Below the pieces are notes generated by a model. It worked only from the letters and a program-made list of their open reading frames with translations. It was not told the origin of the DNA and ran no database searches. A stretch of 64,000 nucleotides of DNA from Nitrospirales bacterium (GTDB lineage Bacteria > Nitrospirota > Nitrospiria > Nitrospirales > UBA8639), in the NCBI GenBank assembly GCA_963422365.1, contig OY729426.1, positions 2,016,001 through 2,080,000 on the forward strand, written 5' to 3'. The position numbers were made by a program, and so were the translations under genes. Of the stretch, positions 20,484 to 31,477 are shown in pieces. Numbering within the stretch: position 1 is the stretch's first letter; each line of letters opens with the position of its first letter.

Positions 20484-21980
20484 ATGAAAAATCCTTTTTA
20501 TTCAATAAGTTTTGATCAATTTTGCCAATTGGCCCAGATGGGAAATTTGGTGCCGGTGTATCGTGAAATTTTGGCAGATCGGGAAACACCGGTCAGCGCA
20601 TTTTCTAAAATCAATTCCGGCAATACGGCTTTCCTGTTTGAAAGCATTGAAGGTGGCGAAAACTGGGCGCGGTATTCATTTTTGGGTAGTAATGCCTCAC
20701 AAGCTCTGTGGGAAGACGGTGGCATACTCCATATAAAAAACGGTCGAACAACGGAAACACGTCCGTTAGGGCACAATCCTTTGGCCCATATTCGGGCCAT
20801 GTTGGACGAGTTTCAGCCAGTACGGGTACCGGGCCTCCCTCACTTTGTCGGGGGAGCCGTCGGCTATCTGGGGTATGACCTCGTTCGATGTTTCGAACCA
20901 ATTCCTTCGTATCCCAAAGATTCCGCCCAATTCCCTCTACTTGCCTTTTTCGTCACGGACACACTTTTGATCTTTGATAATATACGGCATACGATCAAAG
21001 TCGTAGCCAATGCGCATATTGCGTCTTCCACGAAATCAGACCTCAAATCTGCATATGTGAATGCCACAACTCGGATCAAGAAAATGCTTGCGAAACTCAA
21101 AACACCCTTGCGGCGTCAGTCTTCTTCCGCGCGTCGACAGGTTCCATACTTCACCCCCAATATGACGCAGGCCAATTTCGAAAAAATGGTCATGCGGACC
21201 AAAGAATATATTCAAGCCGGCGATATCGTACAGGCAGTCGTCTCCCAACGATGGCAGACCAAGATTCGCACGCCTCCCTTGGAAATTTATCGTGCGTTAC
21301 GGGTGATCAATCCTTCGCCCTATATGTTTTATCTCCGAGTGGCAGGAGTCGAATTGGTTGGGTCCTCACCAGAAATTTTGGTTCGGTGCGAAGAAAATCA
21401 AGTTGTCGTTCGGCCGATTGCGGGGACTCGAAAGCGCGGGGTGACAGTCGCGGAAGATCAGGCTTTAGCCGAAGAACTGTTAGCCGATACAAAGGAACGC
21501 GCCGAACATGTGATGCTGGTTGATTTAGGACGAAACGATGTCGGACGCGTGGCTCAAATAGGCACGGTCGTGCTTGATCCATTTATGAAAATCGAACGAT
21601 ACTCGCACGTCATGCACCTTGTCTCGCAAGTGGTGGGCACGTTAAATCCGGCAAGAGACACGTATGATGTCATGAAAGCGTGTTTTCCCGCCGGTACGGT
21701 CTCGGGGGCGCCGAAAATTCGAGCCATGCAAATCATCGAAGAGCTCGAACCCACGCAACGAGGCCCCTATGCCGGCGCCGTGGGCTATTTTAGTTTCTCG
21801 GGCACTATGGATACCTGCATCAATATTCGAACTATTGTCATTAAAGGCCCAAACGCCTTCATTCAAGCCGGTGCGGGAATCGTCGCCGATTCCGATCCGA
21901 CGAAAGAATACGAGGAGACCTGCAATAAAGTCCATGCCATGATGCAAAGCATCGAAATGGCTGAACAGGGTCTGGAATAA
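20484..21980 (+). CDS. trpE: Anthranilate synthase component I
   Basis: ETPVSAF, FLFESIEGGENWARYSF, NPSPYMF, RPIAGTRKRG, FPAGTVSGAPKIRAM. Confidence 0.96.
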   Translation: MKNPFYSISFDQFCQLAQMGNLVPVYREILADRETPVSAFSKINSGNTAFLFESIEGGENWARYSFLGSNASQALWEDGGILHIKNGRTTETRPLGHNPLAHIRAMLDEFQPVRVPGLPHFVGGAVGYLGYDLVRCFEPIPSYPKDSAQFPLLAFFVTDTLLIFDNIRHTIKVVANAHIASSTKSDLKSAYVNATTRIKKMLAKLKTPLRRQSSSARRQVPYFTPNMTQANFEKMVMRTKEYIQAGDIVQAVVSQRWQTKIRTPPLEIYRALRVINPSPYMFYLRVAGVELVGSSPEILVRCEENQVVVRPIAGTRKRGVTVAEDQALAEELLADTKERAEHVMLVDLGRNDVGRVAQIGTVVLDPFMKIERYSHVMHLVSQVVGTLNPARDTYDVMKACFPAGTVSGAPKIRAMQIIEELEPTQRGPYAGAVGYFSFSGTMDTCINIRTIVIKGPNAFIQAGAGIVADSDPTKEYEETCNKVHAMMQSIEMAEQGLE

Positions 21981-22073
21981 CACCAAGGAACCGTCAACAT
22001 GAGATGGACAAGAAGGTGACGCCTGCACAAAGCGCAACGCGACTTCTGCCCTCTAACTTTTTATGATAATTCT

Positions 22074-22667
22074 ATGTTGCTCATGATCGACAATTATGAC
22101 TCCTTTACGTACAACTTGGTTCAATACCTCGGGGAACTGGGTGCCGATATTGAGGTCTATCGAAACGATACAATCACGGTTGAGGCGATTACGAAACTGC
22201 ATCCGCAACACATTGTGGTCTCTCCTGGCCCTTGTACGCCCAATGAAGCGGGGATTTCCGTAGAAGTGATCCGACATTGTGCCGGACGCATTCCGCTGTT
22301 AGGCGTCTGTCTCGGACATCAATCTTTAGCCTTTGCCTTCGGCGGCGAAATTATCCACGCGGATCGCCTGATGCATGGCAAAACATCATTGGTCAAACAC
22401 GACAATCAAACGATTTTTGAAGGCCTGCCCAATCCGTTTGAAGCCACGCGGTATCATTCGCTAATCGTCAACCGAGAGACACTGCCAAGTGATTTTGAAA
22501 TTTCAGCGATGACGGAAGAAGACGAAATCATGGGGCTTCGGCATCTTCCAACCGGTGCAGAAGGCATACAGTTCCACCCTGAGTCGATCCTCACGAAATC
22601 CGGCATAGATTTATTGCGAAACTTTCTTAAACTGGGCTCCGGGAATGGTGAACCCCTCGCGGCATAG
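22074..22667 (+). CDS. trpG: Anthranilate synthase component II (glutamine amidotransferase)
   Basis: [29 protein letters not shown]. Confidence 0.95.
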   Translation: MLLMIDNYDSFTYNLVQYLGELGADIEVYRNDTITVEAITKLHPQHIVVSPGPCTPNEAGISVEVIRHCAGRIPLLGVCLGHQSLAFAFGGEIIHADRLMHGKTSLVKHDNQTIFEGLPNPFEATRYHSLIVNRETLPSDFEISAMTEEDEIMGLRHLPTGAEGIQFHPESILTKSGIDLLRNFLKLGSGNGEPLAA

Positions 22668-22695
22668 CCCCAACTAAATCGGCAGGACATGGCAC

Positions 22696-23715
22696 ATGAT
22701 CAAACAAGCCCTCACAAAATTGGTTGAAGGGATCAACCTTACAGAACAAGAAGCCTATGAAGTCATGCTTGAAATCATGCAAGGTGCCGCTTCTGAATCC
22801 CAAATTGCCGCATACCTCATCGGCCTTCGGATAAAGGGCGAGATCGTCGAGGAAATCACGGGTTCGGTGAAAGCCATGCGTGAAATGGCTATGCGTATTC
22901 ACGTGGGGGACCCTCAGGTCGTCGATACCTGCGGAACCGGGGGCGATCAATCCAACACCTTTAATATTTCCACTGCGACGGCGTTCGTGGTGGCCGGAGG
23001 CGGCATCACCGTTGCGAAACATGGAAATCGGTCGGTCTCCTCACGGTCTGGGAGTGCCGACGTGTTAGCCGCCATGGGCGTCAACATTGATCTTCCTACA
23101 GACCACGTGGAAGCCTGTGTCAATGAAATCGGAATTGGATTTTTGTTTGCGCCGCTCTACCACGGGGCGATGAAGCATTGCGCCAAACCTCGTTCCGAAA
23201 TGGGAATACGAACGTTGATGAATATCATGGGGCCTTTATCCAACCCTGCAGGGGCCGGCATCCAAATTTTAGGCGTCTATGATCATGCCTTAACGGAAAA
23301 ATTGGCCCAAGTTCTCATCCGTTTGGGCACCCAACATTGTTTTGTCTTGCATGGCAAGGATGGATTAGACGAACTGACATTGACCGATTTCACCTACGTT
23401 TCCGAAGGCAAAGCCGGACGGGTTTCGAGTTATCACCTGGCTCCGGAAGATTTTGGCTTAACCCGAGTGAACCCCACAGATCTGCGAGGGGGGACTCCCG
23501 AAGACAATGCAGCCATGATTCAGGATATTCTCAAGGGGCATCGGAACGCGAAACGAAACGTTGTGCTCATGAATGCCGCACCGGCATTTGTGGCTTGCGG
23601 AAAAGCCAAAAGCCTAAAAGAAGGGTATAGCCACGCCACGAACGCTCTAGATAGTGGGGCGGCTTACGAGAAATTTCAAAAACTTGTCTGGTTTTCGAAT
23701 AGGGCTGCTGCATGA
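22696..23715 (+). CDS. trpD: Anthranilate phosphoribosyltransferase
   Basis: DTCGTGGD, NISTA, AKHGNRSVSSRSGSAD, GLDEL. Confidence 0.97.
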   Translation: MIKQALTKLVEGINLTEQEAYEVMLEIMQGAASESQIAAYLIGLRIKGEIVEEITGSVKAMREMAMRIHVGDPQVVDTCGTGGDQSNTFNISTATAFVVAGGGITVAKHGNRSVSSRSGSADVLAAMGVNIDLPTDHVEACVNEIGIGFLFAPLYHGAMKHCAKPRSEMGIRTLMNIMGPLSNPAGAGIQILGVYDHALTEKLAQVLIRLGTQHCFVLHGKDGLDELTLTDFTYVSEGKAGRVSSYHLAPEDFGLTRVNPTDLRGGTPEDNAAMIQDILKGHRNAKRNVVLMNAAPAFVACGKAKSLKEGYSHATNALDSGAAYEKFQKLVWFSNRAAA

Positions 23716-24566
23716 TTCTGGATCGAATCCTGGAACATAAAAAAGCAGAACTCCGTCGAAAAAAAAGCCGCGGCTATCTAAGCAGCCTCAAGGGGAAAAT
23801 AGCTGATCGGTCTGATCCGTCAGGCTTTATCAAAGCCTTAGAAGCAGCCTACACACCGGACTGCCCGGCCCTGATTACAGAAGTCAAAAAGGCGTCACCG
23901 AGTCAGGGATTGATGCGTCCGGAGTTTGAAGACCGATTTGACCCGGTCAAGATTGCCGATGCGTATAAAGCCCATGGAGCCGCAGCCGTCTCTGTGCTGA
24001 CGGATCAAGAATTTTTTCTCGGGCATTTGGACGACCTGGCCCACGTCAAGGACTACGTAGGACTGCCGGCATTAAACAAAGAATTTATGATCGAAGACAT
24101 ACAATTCTATGAAGCACGCGCATATGGGGCCGATGCCGTCTTGCTCATCGTGGCGGCCTTGGATCGGATTCAACTCGAAGAGTTCTATACGATTGCCACA
24201 GACTTGGCACTCGATGTCCTGATTGAAACGCATGACGAGTCGGAAATCGATTTGGTCTTAGAACGCATTCCCGATGCTGCCCTGATCGGTATCAACAATC
24301 GAGACCTGACAACCTTCTCGACTGATCTCGCGATGACCGGGCGACTTGCCCACCGGATTCCTTCCGACAAAATCATTGTGAGTGAAAGCGGAATCCACAA
24401 ACGCGAGGACGTGCTCCAGATTTTAGAAGCCGGAGCTAAGGCTATGCTGGTGGGTGAATCGTTAGTTCGAGCGAATGATATCGGCACCAAGATTCAAGAC
24501 CTGTGTGGAATGGCCGGACAGAAAAGTGAAGACCAACAACCCGCGCAAGGAACTCGCTGGATTTAA
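23712..24566 (+). CDS. trpC: Indole-3-glycerol phosphate synthase
   Basis: EVKKASPS, SVLTD, GINNRDL, VSESGI, LVGESL. Confidence 0.96.
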   Translation: MILDRILEHKKAELRRKKSRGYLSSLKGKIADRSDPSGFIKALEAAYTPDCPALITEVKKASPSQGLMRPEFEDRFDPVKIADAYKAHGAAAVSVLTDQEFFLGHLDDLAHVKDYVGLPALNKEFMIEDIQFYEARAYGADAVLLIVAALDRIQLEEFYTIATDLALDVLIETHDESEIDLVLERIPDAALIGINNRDLTTFSTDLAMTGRLAHRIPSDKIIVSESGIHKREDVLQILEAGAKAMLVGESLVRANDIGTKIQDLCGMAGQKSEDQQPAQGTRWI

Positions 24567-24598
24567 CCGACCTTTCCCTGCTTTCCACCCATCAGGCC

Positions 24599-25234
24599 AT
24601 GGCTCTGCCAAAAATCAAAATCTGTGGAATCACGAACCCAATCGATGCCTTACAGGCCATTGATGCCGGGGCCGATGCTCTCGGTTTCGTCTTCTACAAA
24701 AAAAGTCCGCGCAACGTTAGTTTGAACGTCGTCAAGTCCATTGTGGTCCATTTGCCGCCGTTCGTGTTGCCCATTGGAGTGTTTGTCAATGCAGAACCCG
24801 AGAAGGTTCGACAGACCATGGATGAATGCGGGTTAGCGCTCGCTCAAATTCATGGAGACGAATCGGCTGAGTATTGTGAATCGCTGGGACGTCCGGTTGT
24901 ACGAGGGATCAGACTTCGCGACCGTAACACCCTTTTTGCCATGGCTGAATACAAAGGCCGAGCCCGAGTTCGAGGGTTTGTTTTGGATGCTTTTTCAGCG
25001 ACAGCCTATGGAGGAACCGGAAAACCTGCGGATTGGAACCTTGCCGCAGAAGCCGCTCAGTCTTTTTCATTTTTGCTTGCAGGGGGGCTCACTTCCGATA
25101 ATGTTCAAGAGGCGATCCGGAAAGTCCAGCCTTATGGCGTAGACGTCAGCAGTGGCGTGGAAGCCAGCCCGGGCAAAAAAGATCCCGCCAAGGTGAAAGC
25201 TTTTATCCAAGCGGTGAAACTTGTGACAACATAA
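24599..25234 (+). CDS. trpF: Phosphoribosylanthranilate isomerase
   Basis: KIKICGIT, QIHGDES, GGTGK, LAGGL, GVDVSSGVE. Confidence 0.96.
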   Translation: MALPKIKICGITNPIDALQAIDAGADALGFVFYKKSPRNVSLNVVKSIVVHLPPFVLPIGVFVNAEPEKVRQTMDECGLALAQIHGDESAEYCESLGRPVVRGIRLRDRNTLFAMAEYKGRARVRGFVLDAFSATAYGGTGKPADWNLAAEAAQSFSFLLAGGLTSDNVQEAIRKVQPYGVDVSSGVEASPGKKDPAKVKAFIQAVKLVTT

Positions 25235-25278
25235 GGCAACTCGCTATACTGCCTCCCAGTAACTACCCTTAAGAGGTC

Positions 25279-25426
25279 GTAGGGAAGCGTAACCCGACAT
25301 GCAAGCTAATGGAATTGTTGGATTACGCTACGCTCATCCACCCTGCATAGCTCTTTCAGAGATTATTGTAGCTGTGCGATCTTATCGCGCCTCTTTTCTC
25401 GGCGGCATACAATGCCGCAGCTACAA
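25279..25426. repeat. Two adjacent REPIN-like elements between trpF and trpB
   Basis: 25279-25346: GTAGGGAAGCGTAACCCGACA with an inverted GCAGGGTGGATGAGCGTAGCGTAATCCAACA. 25366-25426: TTGTAGCTG...CAGCTACAA enclosing two hairpins. Confidence 0.65.
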
Positions 25427-25534
25427 GGAAACGGCAGACAGGCCTCATGGCGCCTTTGCTTGGCAAACCATACGCTTGCCTCTTCTCCGATAGGGGGATC
25501 CTGCTGCTACAACGTGATAGAACAGTAGGACTTC

Positions 25535-26728
25535 ATGGTATTGATTCCAGATAAACGAGGGCGGTTCGGCAACTATGGAGGACGATATGTTCCCGAAACC
25601 CTCATGCCCGCCGTTCTCGAGCTCGAACAGGTTTATGCCACCCTTCGGAAAGACCGCGGCTTTCACAAAGAATTTCAGGCCTATTTAAAGCAATACGTGG
25701 GCCGGCCGACCCCGCTGTATTGTGCCAGACACCTGACCAAAACCCTTGGCGGAGCCACGATCTATCTCAAGCGAGAGGATCTTTGTCATACCGGTGCGCA
25801 CAAAATCAACAACACCGTGGGCCAGGCGTTGCTGACGAAACGCATGAAGAAACATCGAGTCATCGCGGAAACCGGTGCCGGGCAACATGGCGTCGCGGTT
25901 GCAACCATCGCCGCCATGTTTGGGTTGGAAGCGGAAATTTATATGGGCACGGAAGATATGGCGCGGCAAGCGCTGAATGTCTTTCGCATGCAGTTGCTCG
26001 GAGCGAAAGTCACCAGCGTGGATGCAGGCAGTCGGACTCTCAAGGACGCCATTAGTGAGGCCATGCGTGACTGGACCACCAATGTGCGAACCACGCATTA
26101 CTTGCTGGGCTCTGTGCTGGGAGCGCATCCCTATCCGATGATGATTCGTGATTTTCAATCGGTGATCGGCCGAGAAGCACGACGGCAAATCCTAGCCGCA
26201 GAGGGCACACTCCCTGATTGCCTGGTCGCCTGCGTGGGTGGCGGAAGCAATAGCATTGGCCTGTTCTACCCATTTATCAAGGATACCCAAGTCCAAATGG
26301 TAGGGGTTGAAGCCGGGGGGATGGGCTTGGCCAGCGGCAAACATGCCGCTCGATTTGCTGGTGGAGCGCCGGGAGTACTTCATGGGACCATGACCTATTT
26401 GCTTCAAGATCGTCATGGACAGGTCAATAGCACACATTCAGTGTCCGCCGGACTCGATTATCCTGCGATCGGCCCTGAACATGCCATGCACCATGACTCG
26501 GGTCGCATTCAGTACACCTCGGCAACTGATCAAGAGGCCTTGGAAGCCTTTGATCTGTTGGCACAGGTCGAAGGCATCATTCCCGCCTTGGAAAGTGCGC
26601 ACGCGGTTGCCGAAGTCGTCAAACGCGCTCCCAAGATGAAGAAAAGCCAAGTCCTCATCATGAACCTGTCAGGACGCGGGGATAAAGACGTCAACCAGAT
26701 TGCCCAGATGCAGGGCATTCCATTCTAA
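25535..26728 (+). CDS. trpB: Tryptophan synthase beta subunit
   Basis: HTGAHKINN (PLP lysine), [25 protein letters not shown]. Confidence 0.98.
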   Translation: MVLIPDKRGRFGNYGGRYVPETLMPAVLELEQVYATLRKDRGFHKEFQAYLKQYVGRPTPLYCARHLTKTLGGATIYLKREDLCHTGAHKINNTVGQALLTKRMKKHRVIAETGAGQHGVAVATIAAMFGLEAEIYMGTEDMARQALNVFRMQLLGAKVTSVDAGSRTLKDAISEAMRDWTTNVRTTHYLLGSVLGAHPYPMMIRDFQSVIGREARRQILAAEGTLPDCLVACVGGGSNSIGLFYPFIKDTQVQMVGVEAGGMGLASGKHAARFAGGAPGVLHGTMTYLLQDRHGQVNSTHSVSAGLDYPAIGPEHAMHHDSGRIQYTSATDQEALEAFDLLAQVEGIIPALESAHAVAEVVKRAPKMKKSQVLIMNLSGRGDKDVNQIAQMQGIPF

Positions 26729-26730
26729 TC

Positions 26731-27552
26731 ATGCCCACTCCTTCCCATCGCATTACCGCCACCTTTGACCGGCTTCGCCGACGAGGGGAAAAAGCGCTGA
26801 TTTCCTATATCATGGCAGGGGATCCCTCCTTGGCGAAGACGGAAGCCTTAGTGCCGGCCTTGGAACAAGCCGGCGCCGATTTAATTGAACTCGGTGTGCC
26901 GTTTTCCGATCCCATTGCCGACGGACCCGTGATCCAAAAGGCAGCCGAACGGGCCTTACGATCAGGCACGACCATCACTCGCATTTTGGATACCATCAAA
27001 ACCCTTCGAACCCAAACCCAAGTGCCGCTGATTCTGATGACCTATTACAACACCATTATGGCGATGGAAGAACACCGGTTTTGCCAAGAAGCAGTTCAAG
27101 CCGGAGTGGATGGCGTCATTGTACCGGACATGCCGCCGGAAGAAGCTGGCTTGTTACAAGAAGCCGCCGAGGAAAACGGACTCTGTGTCATTTTTCTTCT
27201 TGCGCCAACGAGTACCACGACAAGAAAAGCCCTCGTGATCCAACGAACCAACGGCTTCATTTATTACGTGTCCATGACCGGAATCACCGGGGCCAAACTG
27301 CGCGATAGAGATTCCATCAAACAACACGTGCGCGCGCTCCAAAAGAAAGCCAAAAAACCCGTGGCTGTCGGATTCGGCATTGCGACCCCCGATGATGCCC
27401 GCCAAATCGCTGCTTTTTCCGATGGGGTCATCGTGGGGAGTGCCCTTGTTCGAAAAATAGAAGAACTCCAACACTCCCCTGATTTGATTCATGGAGTCAG
27501 CCAATTCACGGCCAGCTTAAAAGCCGCCCTCTCCTGTAACAGCGTCGAGTAA
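26731..27552 (+). CDS. trpA: Tryptophan synthase alpha subunit
   Basis: IELGVPFSDPIADGPVIQ, VGFGI, DGVIVGSA. Confidence 0.98.
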   Translation: MPTPSHRITATFDRLRRRGEKALISYIMAGDPSLAKTEALVPALEQAGADLIELGVPFSDPIADGPVIQKAAERALRSGTTITRILDTIKTLRTQTQVPLILMTYYNTIMAMEEHRFCQEAVQAGVDGVIVPDMPPEEAGLLQEAAEENGLCVIFLLAPTSTTTRKALVIQRTNGFIYYVSMTGITGAKLRDRDSIKQHVRALQKKAKKPVAVGFGIATPDDARQIAAFSDGVIVGSALVRKIEELQHSPDLIHGVSQFTASLKAALSCNSVE

Positions 27553-27658
27553 CACTTTCCTGCTACAGTCGTTCCCTCCTTTATAAGGGGAGGCCAGGTG
27601 AAGTAGAGTTAACGTTAACACGCCACTTTTTCGTGATGACATCTGAAAAACAAAAATC

Positions 27659-29104
27659 GTGCTAAGCCTCAATGATGTACATGCCATTCTCACTGAAATG
27701 GCACCAGCCTGTGTCGGTGGATTTATTCAAAAAATTCAGCAGCCAACACCTGATACGGTCATTTTTTCCCTTCGCCGACAGGGACGTTCGCTTTCGATTT
27801 TACTCTCAGCCCATTCTCAACACGGCCGGTTGCATATCCTGAGTCAAAAAGTCCCATGCGCTCCAGAACCCTCATTGTTTTGTCAATATTTACGGGCCCA
27901 TCTCTTAGGGGCACAAATTCATCGTCTCGCCCAAATTCCCCATGACCGCATGGTGTGGTTCGAGCTAAAAACCCCCGAGCATGTGTGTTTTCTGGTCGTC
28001 GCGCTGATCGGACGTTCGGCCAATCTTTTCATCTTGGATGCACAGACCACGGTGCTGCGGTCCCTCAAAGCCAGTCGCCAGATCGTGGGACAATCCTTTA
28101 CCCTCTCCCCTTGTCCTTGGGACATTGAAATGCCCCAAGAATCGTTCCCGTCTGTTCAGGATGCCAACGAACTGCGCTTTCCTGTTTCTGAACGAATCGA
28201 AGCGTCTCATCTCATATCCGAACAGAACGCATGTATCGAGGACCAACGCCATCAACAAGTCGTTCACTTACGAAAACAGATTAAAAAACTGCAGCGACGG
28301 GCAACACAATTAACCCTAGATTTTGAAAAAGTCGGTGCCTATCGTGAGTATGGACGGTACGGCGAGCTTTTGAAAAGCCACGTCTCTACTCTGCGAAAAG
28401 GGCACAATCAAATTACCGTGGTTGATTATTTTGATGAAACACTGCCTGAACTCACGCTTCCGTTGGACCCTAAAAAAACTGGAACGGAAAATCTCAATGA
28501 CTACTTTAAAAAATATGCAAAATTTACCGGAGCGCAGAAAAACCTGGTGCCTCGGCTTGACCAAGCTCAAACCGAATTGGTGAAACTTGAAAAAGAATTT
28601 CAAGCCTTGGAAAGGGGACAGATGCCAGCCTCATCCGATCAGAGGGCAAAGCAATCGGATTCGCCGACTATGCCGCAAGTGTCCCAACGATACAAGCCCA
28701 AACGACAACCGGCTGCGCCTTACCGCCGGTTTAGCTCTCAAGACGGCCACGCCATCTTGGTCGGGAAAAGCGCTACAGATAATGATGTCTTGACCTTCAA
28801 GCTATCCCAACCCGATGATCTTTGGCTGCATGCCCGTGGCACCCCAGGGTCACACGTGGTCATCAAACTGGACAAGAAACAACAGGTCCCGTCTGAAACC
28901 TTGAAGGATGCCGCCACATTGGCCTTGTTTTACAGCGATTTGCGGAAAAGCGGAAAAGGTGAAGTCATTTATACATTGAGAAAAAACGTGAGAAAACCCA
29001 AAAAGGTAAAACAGGGATCGGTCTCGGTGACCCAAGAAAAGAGCTTGTGGGTCTTCGTGGACCAAGCACGCTTGGACCGACTCAAAGAATCCGATTCTTC
29101 CTGA
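27659..29104 (+). CDS. NFACT/FbpA-family protein (ribosome quality control RqcH-like)
   Basis: LRAHL...DRMVWF N-terminal domain, coiled coil, and C-terminal NFACT-R (ILVGKSATDND, LWLHARGTPGSHVVI). Confidence 0.88.
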   Translation: MLSLNDVHAILTEMAPACVGGFIQKIQQPTPDTVIFSLRRQGRSLSILLSAHSQHGRLHILSQKVPCAPEPSLFCQYLRAHLLGAQIHRLAQIPHDRMVWFELKTPEHVCFLVVALIGRSANLFILDAQTTVLRSLKASRQIVGQSFTLSPCPWDIEMPQESFPSVQDANELRFPVSERIEASHLISEQNACIEDQRHQQVVHLRKQIKKLQRRATQLTLDFEKVGAYREYGRYGELLKSHVSTLRKGHNQITVVDYFDETLPELTLPLDPKKTGTENLNDYFKKYAKFTGAQKNLVPRLDQAQTELVKLEKEFQALERGQMPASSDQRAKQSDSPTMPQVSQRYKPKRQPAAPYRRFSSQDGHAILVGKSATDNDVLTFKLSQPDDLWLHARGTPGSHVVIKLDKKQQVPSETLKDAATLALFYSDLRKSGKGEVIYTLRKNVRKPKKVKQGSVSVTQEKSLWVFVDQARLDRLKESDSS

Positions 29105-29206
29105 CCACCTTTTTACCGTTGAAATCGCCTGAGATTTCAGTTAGGTACAAACACGGCACAAAAAAGAGTTGACAAGCATCACTATTCAAAACATGAGGAG
29201 CATGTC

Positions 29207-29821
29207 ATGAACGATTCCCCCACTGAAGAAGTCCAGCAACAGAGAAAGGCAAACTATGCCATTCATCCCCTTATTATCAACCGATGGTCTCCTCGTTCGA
29301 TGACCGGTGAGGAATTATCCGATGACGAACTCATGCCGCTCTTCGAAGCCGCTCGCTGGGCTCCCTCGTCGTATAATGCGCAACTGTGGCGGTTCGTCTA
29401 CGCGAAACGCCAGACGATGTTCTGGCAGACGTTCGTGGATTTACTGGCAGAAGGGAATAAAGTATGGGCGCAGCAGGCTGCCGCACTGGTCGTCATCACG
29501 TCCAGAACGCTCTTCGAACATAACAACAAACCAGCCGTCACGTATGCCTTTGATGCAGGTGCGGCCTGGGAAAATTTAGCGTTGGAAGGGACACGACGGG
29601 GATTTGTCGTGCATGGCATGCAGGGATTCGATTATGAGAAGGCCAAAAGAGATCTGCGTGTACCCGAAGACTGCGAAGTCCTGGCCATGGTGGCTATTGG
29701 AAAGCGCGCGCCTCAAGAATTCTTACTCTCTCATCTTCAAGAGTTGGAATGTCCGAATAGCCGACGCCCGTTAGACGAAATTGCCATAGCCGGACAATTT
29801 GGGAGAGAAAAGAATCCGTGA
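29207..29821 (+). CDS. Nitroreductase family protein
   Basis: RWSPRS, FEAARWAPSSYNAQLWRF, HGMQGFD. Confidence 0.93.
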   Translation: MNDSPTEEVQQQRKANYAIHPLIINRWSPRSMTGEELSDDELMPLFEAARWAPSSYNAQLWRFVYAKRQTMFWQTFVDLLAEGNKVWAQQAAALVVITSRTLFEHNNKPAVTYAFDAGAAWENLALEGTRRGFVVHGMQGFDYEKAKRDLRVPEDCEVLAMVAIGKRAPQEFLLSHLQELECPNSRRPLDEIAIAGQFGREKNP

Positions 29822-29854
29822 GACTTTTGGAAAAAGACCTCTCTTCAATCAGCA

Positions 29855-30646
29855 CTACTCCCCGACCCGCACTAACATGCCACGATCTTTACACACGGAA
29901 AACGTGTATTGATAGACCCCAATCATGATTAACAAATACAGGCCATTCAGACCTATCGCCCACCCAAGATAGGCCCACGGCACGGCTTGATTCAGCAACA
30001 CCTCCCGCATGCCTTCAAATACATGCGCAGCGGGATTGGCCAAGGCTAACGGTTGCAGCCAGTCGGGCAGGACGGACAGTGGATAGAAGACACAGGAGAT
30101 CGGTTGAAAAAGAAAGACGAGTCCCCAGGCGAGGACTTCGGCTTGCTGGCCGAATCGCATAATCACCGACATGGTTAAAATCCCAATGAGCCACCCGGCG
30201 GCAATAAGATTCAGGACGAATGGAATAAGGGTCAGCCCCATGATGAAGACATTGTACGAATAAAAAAACAGGGCAGAAACCGCCATAATCACAGAAACGG
30301 CGGCCACTTTAAAGACACTCATGGCCATCGTCGCCGCCAAAAATTCTCCGGCAGTGAGGGGGCTTGCGAATAAATTCATGAGATTTCTCGACCAAATTTC
30401 TTCGAGGAAGGAGATGGTGATCCCTTGTTGCGCTCGAAAGAGAATGTCCCAGAAAATGAGCGCACCGAGAAAGAACACGACCGCACTATGCAGCCCTTTT
30501 CCTTCCTGAGCCAGATACATCGTAATAAATCCCCACACCACCAGATCCAAGAGGGGCCAGTAGAATATTTCCAACAACCGGGGAAAACTTCGACGGTAGA
30601 GAAAGAGATGTCTGGTAATAAGTGCCGAGATCCGACCGATGTTCAT
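29855..30646 (-). CDS. ABC-2 type transporter permease
   Basis: Multiple TM segments, FYPLSVLPDWLQ...NP motif; adjacent to an ABC ATPase. Confidence 0.9.
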   Translation of the reverse strand: MNIGRISALITRHLFLYRRSFPRLLEIFYWPLLDLVVWGFITMYLAQEGKGLHSAVVFFLGALIFWDILFRAQQGITISFLEEIWSRNLMNLFASPLTAGEFLAATMAMSVFKVAAVSVIMAVSALFFYSYNVFIMGLTLIPFVLNLIAAGWLIGILTMSVIMRFGQQAEVLAWGLVFLFQPISCVFYPLSVLPDWLQPLALANPAAHVFEGMREVLLNQAVPWAYLGWAIGLNGLYLLIMIGVYQYTFSVCKDRGMLVRVGE

Positions 30647-30729
30647 ATGCGGCTTCTTGTTGTCAGCCCCTTCGAAGAGTAACCGTGCTTTTCCAAAAAA
30701 GGTTCACTCCCCCCCCTTGAGGCACGGCA

Positions 30730-31458
30730 TCAACCCTCACGCGCGATTTTGAGGAAAACCCGTTCAAGATCGTGTTCGCCATATTGAGCAATGACTTCTG
30801 CGGCAGTTCCCTGAGCAATAATTTTTCCTCGTTGAAGGAATACGATCCGGTCGGACATCTCTTCTATTTCTCGCATATTGTGCGAGGTGTACAACATGCT
30901 CAAACCGGACGTCTCACGATATTCTTTTAAAAACCCTTTCACCTTGTGAGCGATATCCGGGTCTAAACTCGCCGTAGGCTCATCGAGAAATAAGATTTTC
31001 GGTTCGGTCATCACCGCCTTCGCCAACGTCAGCCGCGTCATTTGTCCGGATGACAATTTGCGGGTAATTCTATGGCGAATGTCTTCCATCTCAAGTTTTT
31101 TGACCACATCATCGATTCGCCTGTTGATAGCTGATACACCATATAACCGACCCGTCACTCGGAGGTTTTCTTCCACGGTTAAGGCATAGGGCATCGAGAT
31201 ATAAGTGGATGAAAAATTGACCTGCCGGAGAATCGTTTCTCGATGTTTCAGGAGATCGAGTCCCAACATCTCGATCATGCCATACGTAGGGGTAATCACT
31301 CCTAAGAGCATTTGAAAGGTTGTGGTTTTCCCCGCTCCATTGGGCCCAAGCAGGCCAATGGTTTCTCCAGGTTGGATCTCAAACGACACGTGATCCACCG
31401 CGGTGAAATCGCCAAACCGTTTGGTCAAATTTTGAACATGAACAATGGGTGCCGACAT
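30730..31458 (-). CDS. ABC transporter ATP-binding protein
   Basis: GPNGAGKTT, LSSGQ, LFLDEPT. Confidence 0.93.
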   Translation of the reverse strand: MSAPIVHVQNLTKRFGDFTAVDHVSFEIQPGETIGLLGPNGAGKTTTFQMLLGVITPTYGMIEMLGLDLLKHRETILRQVNFSSTYISMPYALTVEENLRVTGRLYGVSAINRRIDDVVKKLEMEDIRHRITRKLSSGQMTRLTLAKAVMTEPKILFLDEPTASLDPDIAHKVKGFLKEYRETSGLSMLYTSHNMREIEEMSDRIVFLQRGKIIAQGTAAEVIAQYGEHDLERVFLKIAREG

Positions 31459-31477
31459 CGGTGCTGTTGACGTGGTG

